A DNA stretch of 30,361 nt from positions 1-30,361 of IMG/VR virus record IMGVR_UViG_3300025018_000418. One strand, 5' to 3'. The first letter of the stretch is position 1, and the number at the start of each line of letters is the position of its first letter. The DNA is from a virus. Lineage: Duplodnaviria; Caudoviricetes. Under the pieces are notes generated by a model. It saw only the letters and a list, made by a program, of their open reading frames with translations, did not search any database and was not told where the DNA came from. This document shows, in pieces, positions 8,588 to 17,528 of the stretch. The translations under genes and the position numbers were made by a program.

Positions 8588-9154
8588 ATGAGTGAGCCTA
8601 TCTTCACTGATCTAGCCACGACCAAGCAGAAGCAGCGCGTCACCAATCTCGACGCAGGGCATGCAGTGTTGGATCAGTTGGACTTCGCTATAGAAACAGC
8701 CAGAGTCGAATTCTATACCAGACTAGGGCTAGCAAAACTCAATGCATTAAGCTCTATTATCCCCGTAGAGCCGCCGCAAACGGAGGACGAGTATCGCTAC
8801 CTGATCGCATCAACGTGCGAGCAAAACATGCTGCGTTTGACTCTGTTGAGATGGCTAACAGTCTTATCTAAAGAAGGTAATGCTAGCCGCATCTATCAAG
8901 AGTGGAACGACGTATCTGCCTTCCGTGAAATGTCTTCTCGCGAGAAAGAGATTGAACTTAGTCGCCTTCAATCTGACATAGATAGGGCTCTCGGCATTCT
9001 CGACGAAACCATCGAGATCGGGACTCCAAGAGCAGGACGTGCTCTTGTGATTAATGCCAGTACGGACGGCGTAGGAGAGAACTCGCTAGAATGCTGGCAA
9101 GTACTCGGTAACTCACTCAGTTATTGCTCATGGGACAACTGGATCCAGAAGTAA
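8588..9154 (+). CDS. Putative head-tail adaptor
   Basis: 188-aa helical protein. The assignment rests on synteny only. Confidence 0.5.
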   Translation: MSEPIFTDLATTKQKQRVTNLDAGHAVLDQLDFAIETARVEFYTRLGLAKLNALSSIIPVEPPQTEDEYRYLIASTCEQNMLRLTLLRWLTVLSKEGNASRIYQEWNDVSAFREMSSREKEIELSRLQSDIDRALGILDETIEIGTPRAGRALVINASTDGVGENSLECWQVLGNSLSYCSWDNWIQK

Positions 9155-9615
9155 TGTCCGTTCACGAAAAGGTCCATGCTGTCCTTCGAACTGCATTACA
9201 GTTGGAGACTTTCCCAGTCATTACGTATGCTGCTGCACCTGAGCCGGACGGCACGGGGAACTACAGAGAGGTCTCTGTCGGACCGTCAACGATCAGGGCC
9301 GACTCAATGGAGGCGGCCCCTATCGGGGTCGTGATGAAGGACGCAGAAGACAGCAAACTCTTTGGCGAAGTGCTTCAGGACGTGGATAACTATATCTGGG
9401 TCCTTCTCATTGACTTCCGCCAGCCGGTAGACATTGAGCCTTTTATCCACAAACTAGGGCGCACGATCCCGATGGATAACACGCTCAAGACTCCGATTCT
9501 GTACCTGCGCGTGTCGTCCGTTGATATCACGTTTCCCCCGGCTAATGATCCGTCTAGCGGGGCTCATTTCAGGCTAGAACTCGAAGTTCGTCCAGCTCCG
9601 GTCGCTTCAGGTTAA
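9154..9615 (+). CDS. Putative tail terminator/completion protein
   Basis: ATG 9154 overlaps the upstream TAA (preferred over 9124). The gene sits immediately before the tail tube. Confidence 0.5.
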   Translation: MSVHEKVHAVLRTALQLETFPVITYAAAPEPDGTGNYREVSVGPSTIRADSMEAAPIGVVMKDAEDSKLFGEVLQDVDNYIWVLLIDFRQPVDIEPFIHKLGRTIPMDNTLKTPILYLRVSSVDITFPPANDPSSGAHFRLELEVRPAPVASG

Positions 9616-9654
9616 AATACATTTTGAACTCTATTTCCCACGGAGAACTGAATC

Positions 9655-10521
9655 ATGGCACGTAAAGGTATCCCCGATCCCCGCGACTACCTTCTGGGTC
9701 GCGGCGAACTCTTTTTTGGAGACGATCTTGATGCAGACGGTCGAGCGAAGAATATGCGTACTCTGGGTCACGCGGAGGCTTTCACCGTCACAGTCGAGGC
9801 TGAAACGCTAGAGCACTTCAGCAAGCTGAACGGCCTCTCGGTCAAGGATCGAGAGGTGGTCCTACAGCAGAACATCAATTTCACAGCGGAGTTGTCTGAG
9901 ATCGACGTTGACAATCTCGCTCTCTTAATGAGCGGCACGTCTAGCGACACTGCGGTTATTGGCGCAAGCGTTGCTCCTGTGGCAGGAAATGACAACGTCA
10001 TTGTCTCTGCTACCAACGGTCTTGGCAAGTGGTATCTGCTGTATGACGTAGCCGCACCGAGTACGTATCCTCCGGTGGCCGCAGACAACGCTAATCGAGT
10101 GTATCGCATCTCGCTCGTCTCAGTCAAGAACTCGGCAGGCACAGTGACCTACATCGAAGGGACGGACTACACTGTGGACTACGAGTTGGGGCGCATCCGT
10201 ATTGAGGAAGACGGCTCGATCACCAACGGTTCTTCGTTGCTGGTCGCATTCACGTATGCTTCTTTGACTCTCAGCGAGATCCGTGCGCTTTCTTTGGCGC
10301 GCATTGCAGGACAGATGATGTTCATTTCGCGCAATGCGAATCAGACAGGTAACGGATCGCAGATGGAGTACATGTTCCATTCTGTGACCCTATCGGCTGA
10401 GGGAGATTTCGCTCTTGTTGGTGAAGAGTTCGCCACGTTGAGTCTGTCAGGTTCGGCCGAGACCAACGAGAAGGCGTCGCCGAACAGTCCGACGCTGACG
10501 ATCCGCCGACTCAGCGTCTAA
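9655..10521 (+). CDS. Major tail tube protein
   Basis: YLLGRGELFF...LGHAEAFTVTVEAETLEHFS...KDREV, an Ig-like insertion (YIEGTDYTVDYELGRIRI), and EGDFALVGEEFATLSLSG. Preceded by GTTAAAAT (9611-9618) and SD GGAG. Confidence 0.88.
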   Translation: MARKGIPDPRDYLLGRGELFFGDDLDADGRAKNMRTLGHAEAFTVTVEAETLEHFSKLNGLSVKDREVVLQQNINFTAELSEIDVDNLALLMSGTSSDTAVIGASVAPVAGNDNVIVSATNGLGKWYLLYDVAAPSTYPPVAADNANRVYRISLVSVKNSAGTVTYIEGTDYTVDYELGRIRIEEDGSITNGSSLLVAFTYASLTLSEIRALSLARIAGQMMFISRNANQTGNGSQMEYMFHSVTLSAEGDFALVGEEFATLSLSGSAETNEKASPNSPTLTIRRLSV

Positions 10522-10539
10522 ACCTGTCTGAAGTTTAAA

Positions 10540-10564
10540 GGGAGCCCCGAGCATCGGGGTTCCC
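10540..10564 (+). terminator. GC-rich hairpin after the tail tube gene (attenuator or mRNA stabiliser)
   Basis: gggagccccga-gca-tcggggttccc, an 11-bp stem with one G-U and no U-tract. Confidence 0.5.
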
Positions 10565-10597
10565 AATATCTCAAAAAACGGCAGCTTGGAGGCTACT

Positions 10598-11176
10598 ATG
10601 TCGAACGAAAAGAAGGGGCTCGCGGCCATTTTGTCCAGTGTCAAGACGAAGCCGCATGTTATCGAGCTGGAGGGAGAGAGCATTGAGTTCTATCCCGTGC
10701 GCCTACGCGCGCTTTTGGCTGCGCAGTCGGTTGTCGCTGACATGGCGCAAGCCGCTGTCGGGTTGTTCGATCCGAATAAGGGCGACTACACGAAGAAGAT
10801 TGTGGCCCATCAAGAGATCAATGTTGCAGAAGAAGGACAGCCGAAGGATATCGTCCCTGTCGAGACCACGACCATCGACGCCATTTCTCCTGTCCACGCT
10901 AAGGAGCGCATCAAGCGTCGTAAGGAAGACCTCTCAGAAGGTATCAAAGCCCTGCTCGACGAGGACAACATTCATCGCGTCTTGCTTCTGATTGAGGATT
11001 CTTCTCGCGGTGTCTGTGACACTGAAACGCTGGAGAACGCGACTACTGACGTTATCCTTCCTCTGCTACGTGCGACACTTACAGCCAACATGAGTGTGTT
11101 CGGTGGAGCAGTGGGAAAAGCAATGAGGGCCAAGCTCGACGAGGCGCTTGTCGCCGACGAGCTGTCGCCCGAGTAG
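10598..11176 (+). CDS. Tail assembly chaperone (lambda gpG-like)
   Basis: Lies between tail tube and TMP. SD GGAGG before ATG 10598. Contains the slippery site G GGA AAA. Confidence 0.8.
   Translation: MSNEKKGLAAILSSVKTKPHVIELEGESIEFYPVRLRALLAAQSVVADMAQAAVGLFDPNKGDYTKKIVAHQEINVAEEGQPKDIVPVETTTIDAISPVHAKERIKRRKEDLSEGIKALLDEDNIHRVLLLIEDSSRGVCDTETLENATTDVILPLLRATLTANMSVFGGAVGKAMRAKLDEALVADELSPE
11113..11119 (+). other. Programmed -1 ribosomal frameshift site GGGAAAA
   Basis: In-frame X XXY YYZ heptamer (GTG GGA AAA). The -1 frame is open from 11113 to the stop at 11493. Confidence 0.85.
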
Positions 11177-11493
11177 ACATCAACGACAGTCGTACTGAAG
11201 ACCAGAAGTGGCGGGATTTCCGCGAAGCTGTGATGGAACTAGTTCATTTTGGCTTTGCGCCCGATGAAATTCTCGATTTAGCCCTTGACCAGTTCGACGA
11301 AGCACTCGAACTGATGATGAATGTCAGAAAACGGCACGGTCAAGAGGATCTCATTCGTCAGAATGTTGCATCACAGGGCGACGGAAAGGCCGTAAAAAGG
11401 CTGGCAAAGGATCTGTATACAAGGGACGGGGACCGTCCTATTGGCACAAAGAGCGAGCAGGAGTTCCTCGCCTCCTTTGCCAGAGGTATCTAG
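11113..11493 (+). CDS. Frameshift extension of the tail assembly chaperone (gpT-like part of a gpGT fusion)
   Basis: No stops between the slippery site and ORF 11230-11493, which is in the same frame (…FGFAPDEILDLALDQF…). Confidence 0.8.
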   Translation, partial: GKSNEGQARRGACRRRAVARVDINDSRTEDQKWRDFREAVMELVHFGFAPDEILDLALDQFDEALELMMNVRKRHGQEDLIRQNVASQGDGKAVKRLAKDLYTRDGDRPIGTKSEQEFLASFARGI

Positions 11494-11501
11494 GGTAAAA
11501 T
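11494..11501 (+). promoter_or_regulatory. -10 element GGTAAAAT, probable leaderless start for the tape measure gene
   Basis: Lies 6 nt before ATG 11508 with no SD. Confidence 0.5.
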
Positions 11502-11507
11502 ACAGAG

Positions 11508-14500
11508 ATGGCTAGCATTGATCGGGGAGGTCTTCGGTACGAGATTCAGGTCCTTGTTAACGGTATACAGGAACTCCGTAAGTTCCGCACAGAACTTACT
11601 GCAACTTTAAAGACTACGCGCAAGGTATCTCAGGAGCAGGTACTCAGCGCGCGCAGGCTGTCTACTCTCTCAATAGCAACAAACAAAGCTAGTGCGGCAC
11701 AGGCCAAGGCGCGAGCCGAGACGGCCAAGGCTCTCATCGTCGAGCAGCGCCTTAGCACTGAACGCCAGCGCACTGCGCTTCAGGCTGAAAATGTAGCGGC
11801 TGCTGAACAACGCCTTAGCATTGAGAGGCTGCGCACTAGCACTCAAGCCAGAAAGGCTGCGACTGCTGAACAGCGCCTTAATACAGAGCGTCAGCGCACT
11901 GCAATTCAAGCTCAAAATGCTGCGACCGCAGAACAACGTCTTGCCACAGAACGACTGCGTACTGCAACTCAGGTTCAAAATGCTGCGACCGCAGAACAAC
12001 GTCTTGCCACAGAACGCCAGCGCACTGCACTTCAGACCGTCAATATAGAAAATGCACAGGCCCGTCTCTCAGCAACGCGCGCTCGTGCTGCTCGGGAGGG
12101 GGAGCGTTTTGCACAGCAACAAGCGCGGGGAGCTGCTGCTACGAAGAAAGCATCGGCAGCACAGAGCTTTTTCGGGTTGCAGTTGGACAAGACGAACGAA
12201 AAAGGAAATCGAATTTCGTTCACTCTTCGTCGTCTAATTGGCATTCTTGCGGTTTTTAAGGCGGTGCGAGTAGGTACCAGTGCGTTCGCAAGTCTTATCA
12301 CAACTGGTATAGAATTCAATTCGCAGATAGAGGCGAGCGAAATTGGTATCGCAGGTCTCCTTACGAACATCATCAAGACGCGTGATCAGTTCGGCAATCT
12401 GACCAACGAGAGCATCGGGTTCGCGAAAGCGACGGAGCTTGCGCGCTCACTAGTTCAGCGACTGCGCGCCGAGTCCCTACGTACGACAGCTACGTTTCCC
12501 GAGTTGCTGAGATCCTTGCAGGAGGGTCTCCCGTCCGGTCTGGCTGCGAATCTAGACCTCGATCAGATTCAGAAGGCAGTTGTGCTCGTATCTCAGGCTG
12601 CGAGCTCTCTTAATATTCCGCAGAATCAGCTTGGAGAGGAACTTCGTTCTCTTTTCTCCGGCACAGGTGCTGAACGCACAACGCGCATCGCTAAAGCATT
12701 CGGTGTCACTGCGGATAGGCTTAACGAACTCGTCCGAGCGACCAAGAATCCTGCGGAACTCTTTGCCCTCATCACTAATGGACTCGCAGGTACCGCAGAG
12801 GCAGCCAAGATCACAGCAGACACTTTCTCAGGTCTGAAGGCCCGTTTTTCAGATGTCCTAGGATTCATCGCATCTGTAGCAGGACAAGGACTCTTTACTG
12901 AACTTACGACTAAACTTCGTGCTATCGTAAACGCCTCGAAAGAGGATTTTGCTGACTCATTTATTGCAAACCCTAAAGCAGTCGCAGCTGTTGAACCGCT
13001 TTTCGATGGTATTCGGGATGCCGTCCGATCTATCAGTACTGAATTAGGGAAACTTAACTTTGTTAGCATCTTTGAGGCAACCAGTGCTATTGGAGAAGGC
13101 ATCCGCGTTGTAGGTGTTATCTTTGGTATTGTGTTGCGCGGCATCATAGAAGGATTGGGAGATCTCTTTAGTATCGGCAAAGCGGTTTTTGGCATTCTCT
13201 CCTCTTTATTCGAAATGAGTGGAATAGAAACAGAGAATATCATTAATAAGACCTTACGCTGGGCCACTGTTCTGATCGTGCTTCAGACCATATTCGGAGC
13301 CATACTCGGCACTCTAAAACTCTTTGTGCCGAGTTTGAGAGTACTCATCGCGCTTTCATTACCTCTGAAGTTTATCTGGCTAGGAATAGTTTCAATTCTC
13401 CGGACAGTATTTGGTTCTCTGATAGCTCAAGGTTCTGCACTGCGTACCATACAGGCACTAGTAGGGAAGATTGGGCTCAAGATTGCTCTCTTTGCTGCAC
13501 GCTTCGTTCTCCTGCCCGCATTAGTGGTTGCATTGTTCGCTGTAGTCTTCAAGAAGATATTAGAAGGCGTTACGGGCATAGAGATTAGCTGGGAAGCATT
13601 CTTTAAATTGATTAAGTCAGCAGCTATTGGACTTGGCGATGTTCTCAAGAAAGCGTTCATTTTAATTTTCACAGGACTCATCCAGACTATTCGTCGCACA
13701 TTCGACGACGTGCTTGCTTTTCTTCTGAGAGGGACTGCAAATCTTGTTGATAAACTACGAAAAGCTACGAAAAGATTCACTCCAAAGGCTATCTCAAACG
13801 CTCTGAATGCTGGAGTTCAGAATCTTAACGCGGGAGCCGTGTTTTTTGAAAAGGGATCTAGAGAAGCAGACAACAAGATAGTCAATGCCCAGTTAGATCT
13901 TGATCTGGCAAGAATTGCACTAAATAAATCACTTAACGGTATCCTCGATCGAGAGAAAGAGAAGAATGAGAGGCTGAAGAAAGAGAATGAAAGGCTGAAG
14001 AAGGAAGGGAAACCGCCTTTGTCTGGCGATGATTTAAGTACTTTCCTCGGTGAGAAGATTAAAAAGGGACTTACCAGCCTCGGCTTGGGCAATCTGATTT
14101 TCGATGAACCGAATGACACAGAAGATGCTGCCACTGCCGCTGCTGATAAAGTAGCAAAGGCACTGCGGGATGCTCTTGGCGGAATAAACACCAGCAATCT
14201 CAAGGGCGCTACCGGCGGCGGAGGTTCTCGTTCTTCACAACAAGATATTACAGCCATCACTACGAATAAGGAACGACTGATCTCGCTTGAAGCCGAGTTA
14301 CAAGCTCTAGAGCAGACAGGTAGTGACGCTCGTGCTACTAAACAAGCCGCAGAACTTCGTATCCTTAAGAACCGACGACAGGTATTGCTCGACACCAGGA
14401 AAGAACTCAAGGAACTCTCTTCTGTGAGACCATTGAGTCTTTCAGAACTCTCGCCTGGACAGCAATCGACTTTGACGGATCTTAATAATCGGATCGCGCT

Positions 14501-16244
14501 TTTGCAGCGGGCAGATAGCAAAACTGGCACTGCCTTAGTGGCTGAAGATATTCGGCTTCTTAAAGAGCAACGACAGGCATTGCTTGACTCCAGGGTAGAG
14601 ATCGAAAAACTCTCTTCTGCGGAACAATTTAATCTTTCAAAACTCTCGTCTGTAGATCAGGCGACTGTGAAGTCTCTTATTGATCAGATTACGTTTTTCA
14701 AGCGGGCAGATAAAGGAACTGACACTCCATTCTTCTCTGAAGATATTCGGATCCTTGAAAATAAACTACAGGAATTACTTGGCACCAAGACAGAACTTGA
14801 AAAACTCGTTTCTGAGAGTGCGACAAGTTTTTCAGAACTCTCTCCTGTGGATCAATCCCGTCTCGCAGTTCTCAATGCTGAAATCGCACTTTTGGAGAAA
14901 CGCAAGAAGATTGAATCAGGCTCGGGTCTTTCAGAGCAAGATATTAAAGCCATCGCTGATGCTAAGGAGCAACTGATCACGCTTGAGGCCGAGTTGCGAG
15001 CCGTAGAACAGACAGATAGTGATGCTAGCATCACCAGACTATCCGCAGAACTTCTGATCCTCAAGAACCGACGACAGGCATTGCTCGACACCAGGAAAGA
15101 ACTCGAACAGCTCTCTACAGTGCCCCAATCGAGTCTTTCAGAACTCTCTCCTGTGGATCAATCCCGTCTCGCAGTTCTCAATGCTGAGATCGCGCTTTTG
15201 GAGAAACGCAAGCAGCTTGAATCGCCCGGTAATAGTTCAGGTCTTTCTGAAGAAGACATTAGGACCATCACTATGGCCAAGGAGGAACAGATCAGGCTTG
15301 ATGCAGAACTGCAAGGTCTAGAACAGAGAGGTAGCGTCGCTCGTGCTACTGCATTGGACGCAGAACTTTTGATCCTCAAGAACCGACGACAGGCAATACT
15401 TGACACCAAAACTTCAGTCGAAGATTTAACTGAAGCGCAGAAAGAACTTCTCGCAGTTTTGAATCTTGAGATTGAGATTGTGCAAAAACGTAGAGGGCTT
15501 GAAGCACGTGGCGGATCAGGCGGCATCGAAGAAGGACTGAATAGATTCATTGACAGTGCTGGTCCATTCAAGGCAGCAGCAACCCTTACCGAAGGCGCAC
15601 TTAACGACTTCTCAGACGCTTTGGCTAAGGCTCTAGAAGCGCCAGAAGACGCAGGACAGATCCTTCTAGACTTCTTCCGTAACCTTGTCAGTCAGATCAT
15701 TAAAGAACTGGTTCGTTTGGCCGTTGCTGAGGCACTAATCTCCTTAGGCTTCGGTGAAATCTCGGGAGCTTCTGATGGAGGTGCTATTACGGCAGGCGGA
15801 GTCAGATCTCTGCCCGCTAAGGGAGCTGCTGCCGGAGGTAAGATCGAAGGAGGAATTCCACACGGTGTAGTGCGTCCTAAAGGACTGCATCCGTCAGATA
15901 CCATTCCCATCTGGGCAGCACACAATGAATTCATGCAGCCCGTCGCAGCAGTCAAGAAGTACGGTCTAGCTTTTATGGAGATGATCCGTTCCGGCTCTCT
16001 TCCGGTCGAAACTGTCCGGTCATTGACAAAAGGTGTTAGACTGCCTAGGACGCGACAGGGTCTAGGTCGAGGTTTTGCCGAGGGAGGCTCTATCACGTCG
16101 TCTCGTAGCGCTTCGCCGACAATTAGTAGTGTTCTCATTTTCAGCGAACAGATCGTCAACGACGGTCTGAACACTGATACCATTCGCGCTATATCGCCAG
16201 GTATCAAGGAGCCCCGCACCCTTGCGGAGATCAAGAGGCGCTAA
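11508..16244 (+). CDS. Tape measure protein
   Basis: 1578 aa, Ala/Leu-rich and helical, with central hydrophobic segments and a C-terminal AAGG...SDTIPIWAAHNEF motif. Follows the chaperones. Confidence 0.93.
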   Translation: MASIDRGGLRYEIQVLVNGIQELRKFRTELTATLKTTRKVSQEQVLSARRLSTLSIATNKASAAQAKARAETAKALIVEQRLSTERQRTALQAENVAAAEQRLSIERLRTSTQARKAATAEQRLNTERQRTAIQAQNAATAEQRLATERLRTATQVQNAATAEQRLATERQRTALQTVNIENAQARLSATRARAAREGERFAQQQARGAAATKKASAAQSFFGLQLDKTNEKGNRISFTLRRLIGILAVFKAVRVGTSAFASLITTGIEFNSQIEASEIGIAGLLTNIIKTRDQFGNLTNESIGFAKATELARSLVQRLRAESLRTTATFPELLRSLQEGLPSGLAANLDLDQIQKAVVLVSQAASSLNIPQNQLGEELRSLFSGTGAERTTRIAKAFGVTADRLNELVRATKNPAELFALITNGLAGTAEAAKITADTFSGLKARFSDVLGFIASVAGQGLFTELTTKLRAIVNASKEDFADSFIANPKAVAAVEPLFDGIRDAVRSISTELGKLNFVSIFEATSAIGEGIRVVGVIFGIVLRGIIEGLGDLFSIGKAVFGILSSLFEMSGIETENIINKTLRWATVLIVLQTIFGAILGTLKLFVPSLRVLIALSLPLKFIWLGIVSILRTVFGSLIAQGSALRTIQALVGKIGLKIALFAARFVLLPALVVALFAVVFKKILEGVTGIEISWEAFFKLIKSAAIGLGDVLKKAFILIFTGLIQTIRRTFDDVLAFLLRGTANLVDKLRKATKRFTPKAISNALNAGVQNLNAGAVFFEKGSREADNKIVNAQLDLDLARIALNKSLNGILDREKEKNERLKKENERLKKEGKPPLSGDDLSTFLGEKIKKGLTSLGLGNLIFDEPNDTEDAATAAADKVAKALRDALGGINTSNLKGATGGGGSRSSQQDITAITTNKERLISLEAELQALEQTGSDARATKQAAELRILKNRRQVLLDTRKELKELSSVRPLSLSELSPGQQSTLTDLNNRIALLQRADSKTGTALVAEDIRLLKEQRQALLDSRVEIEKLSSAEQFNLSKLSSVDQATVKSLIDQITFFKRADKGTDTPFFSEDIRILENKLQELLGTKTELEKLVSESATSFSELSPVDQSRLAVLNAEIALLEKRKKIESGSGLSEQDIKAIADAKEQLITLEAELRAVEQTDSDASITRLSAELLILKNRRQALLDTRKELEQLSTVPQSSLSELSPVDQSRLAVLNAEIALLEKRKQLESPGNSSGLSEEDIRTITMAKEEQIRLDAELQGLEQRGSVARATALDAELLILKNRRQAILDTKTSVEDLTEAQKELLAVLNLEIEIVQKRRGLEARGGSGGIEEGLNRFIDSAGPFKAAATLTEGALNDFSDALAKALEAPEDAGQILLDFFRNLVSQIIKELVRLAVAEALISLGFGEISGASDGGAITAGGVRSLPAKGAAAGGKIEGGIPHGVVRPKGLHPSDTIPIWAAHNEFMQPVAAVKKYGLAFMEMIRSGSLPVETVRSLTKGVRLPRTRQGLGRGFAEGGSITSSRSASPTISSVLIFSEQIVNDGLNTDTIRAISPGIKEPRTLAEIKRR
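11742..12056 (+). repeat. Five tandem 63-bp (21-aa) repeats in the TMP N-terminus
   Basis: EQRL.TER.RTA.Q..NAATA units start at 11742, 11805, 11868, 11931 and 11994. Confidence 0.9.
14234..15500 (+). repeat. Large internal duplications in the TMP C-terminal half
   Basis: Three copies of the S..DI..I...KE..I.L.AEL...EQ..S.A......AEL.ILKNRRQ..LDT block. 14831-14906 and 15137-15212 match at 74 of 76 nt. Confidence 0.85.
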
Positions 16245-16894
16245 TGCCTGATATCTTCCTCTTTTCTGTCTCTAAGGATCCTGTACCGTTCGAGCGTCAT
16301 GTAGAAGCGCAACGCCGAACCAATGCAGCACGCTCTGGTAAGAAGTACGTCCTAGTTCGAGGTGACGCACTCGAGTTTCTTTCCAACGTGACCGTGGCTT
16401 TTCCTCAGCCAAACAGTCTTGGCCTCGGCTATGCCGACTTCATAGACTTCGTAGATAACAACAAAGCTAGCATGTTCCTCTACATGCCATACACCGGCCC
16501 GTCTTTGCACCGCGAGAATACGGTCTTCGTACTTACGGGAATTCAAGCCGTCTTTGCCTTTGAGCACAAATGGATCGATTCTTCGTCAGTGAGAGTCTTT
16601 ATAGACACTGGAGGAGGGGAGGTCGAGGTCTCTCCGCTTTCCTTTGGCTTCTCAGGCAACGGCACAGCACCAATCGTAACTTTCGCTGTTCCCCCTTCCT
16701 CAGGTACTGTTCGCCTTCAGGCGAATTATTACATTCCTGTCTTCTTCCTCGAATCGCCTACACAAAACGGTACGGGACTGGCAGATCCACGTATGCTAGA
16801 TATAGATGCGCCGCGCTCGTTTGACGTCAAACTCATCGAGACGGAACCAGGGGCTCGATTCGTAAATCCGACGGAGGCAACGACCAGTGCTTAA
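16244..16894 (+). CDS. Distal tail protein (DUF2460-like)
   Basis: First gene after the TMP. IVTFAVPPSSG.V...YYIPVFF...VKLIE pattern. Confidence 0.65.
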   Translation: MPDIFLFSVSKDPVPFERHVEAQRRTNAARSGKKYVLVRGDALEFLSNVTVAFPQPNSLGLGYADFIDFVDNNKASMFLYMPYTGPSLHRENTVFVLTGIQAVFAFEHKWIDSSSVRVFIDTGGGEVEVSPLSFGFSGNGTAPIVTFAVPPSSGTVRLQANYYIPVFFLESPTQNGTGLADPRMLDIDAPRSFDVKLIETEPGARFVNPTEATTSA

Positions 16895-17528
16895 TCTTTC
16901 TGTGCCGTTCTTAACTCGTCTTAGCGACGCGGGCATCGACGATATCTTCATTTTGGCCGAACTTGCGCCTCCTCGCCACGTCTCTGAGGCTATTCAATAT
17001 CTATCTCTGACTCATCGCAGTCTCAACTGGGGAGGGCGCGACTGGAAGATTACAGACGGCACGTTCGATACCAAGCGCGATACGCTGGAGAGTGAGCCTC
17101 CGACGAATCAGATCAGCTTCTCGAATCTTGATGCTTCGTGGTACGAGCGCTTGAACGGCAACGAAGAGTCTATGAACGGTTCTTTACTCACGTTGCGTTT
17201 GGTGTTCGCCAGCATTAATCCGAGCGATGAAGCTGAAAGAGAGATGTCACAAATCAAGGACGGACCGTGGGTACTGTCAGGCGCGAGAATGAACGATACT
17301 GCCGCAGGTTTCGGTTTCGGCACAGCATTCAACGCACTTAAACTGGAGATCCCTGTACTTAACTCGCGCGGTACGCGATGCCAATGGCTTTACAAAGGTC
17401 CGTTCTGCAAGAGCGTGTCGTCGCTTCTGCGGTGTAATCAGACCATCAGCAACTGCGCTGAGCGCTTTCCTGAAGGTAAACCTCTTCGTTTCAGCGCGTG
17501 GCCTTACTCTAACCAGAGGAGTTTCTAA
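16887..17528 (+). CDS. Minor tail/hub protein (lambda gpL-like)
   Basis: C-terminal four-Cys cluster CQWLYKGPFC...CNQTISNC..RF...RFSAWP, typical of the gpL Fe-S domain. Confidence 0.8.
   Translation: MLNLSVPFLTRLSDAGIDDIFILAELAPPRHVSEAIQYLSLTHRSLNWGGRDWKITDGTFDTKRDTLESEPPTNQISFSNLDASWYERLNGNEESMNGSLLTLRLVFASINPSDEAEREMSQIKDGPWVLSGARMNDTAAGFGFGTAFNALKLEIPVLNSRGTRCQWLYKGPFCKSVSSLLRCNQTISNCAERFPEGKPLRFSAWPYSNQRSF

Noticed and set aside
14831-15212. Diversity-generating retroelement TR/VR pair
   Set aside because: Both copies lie in frame inside the TMP, differ at only two synonymous sites, and no reverse transcriptase is present in the window.
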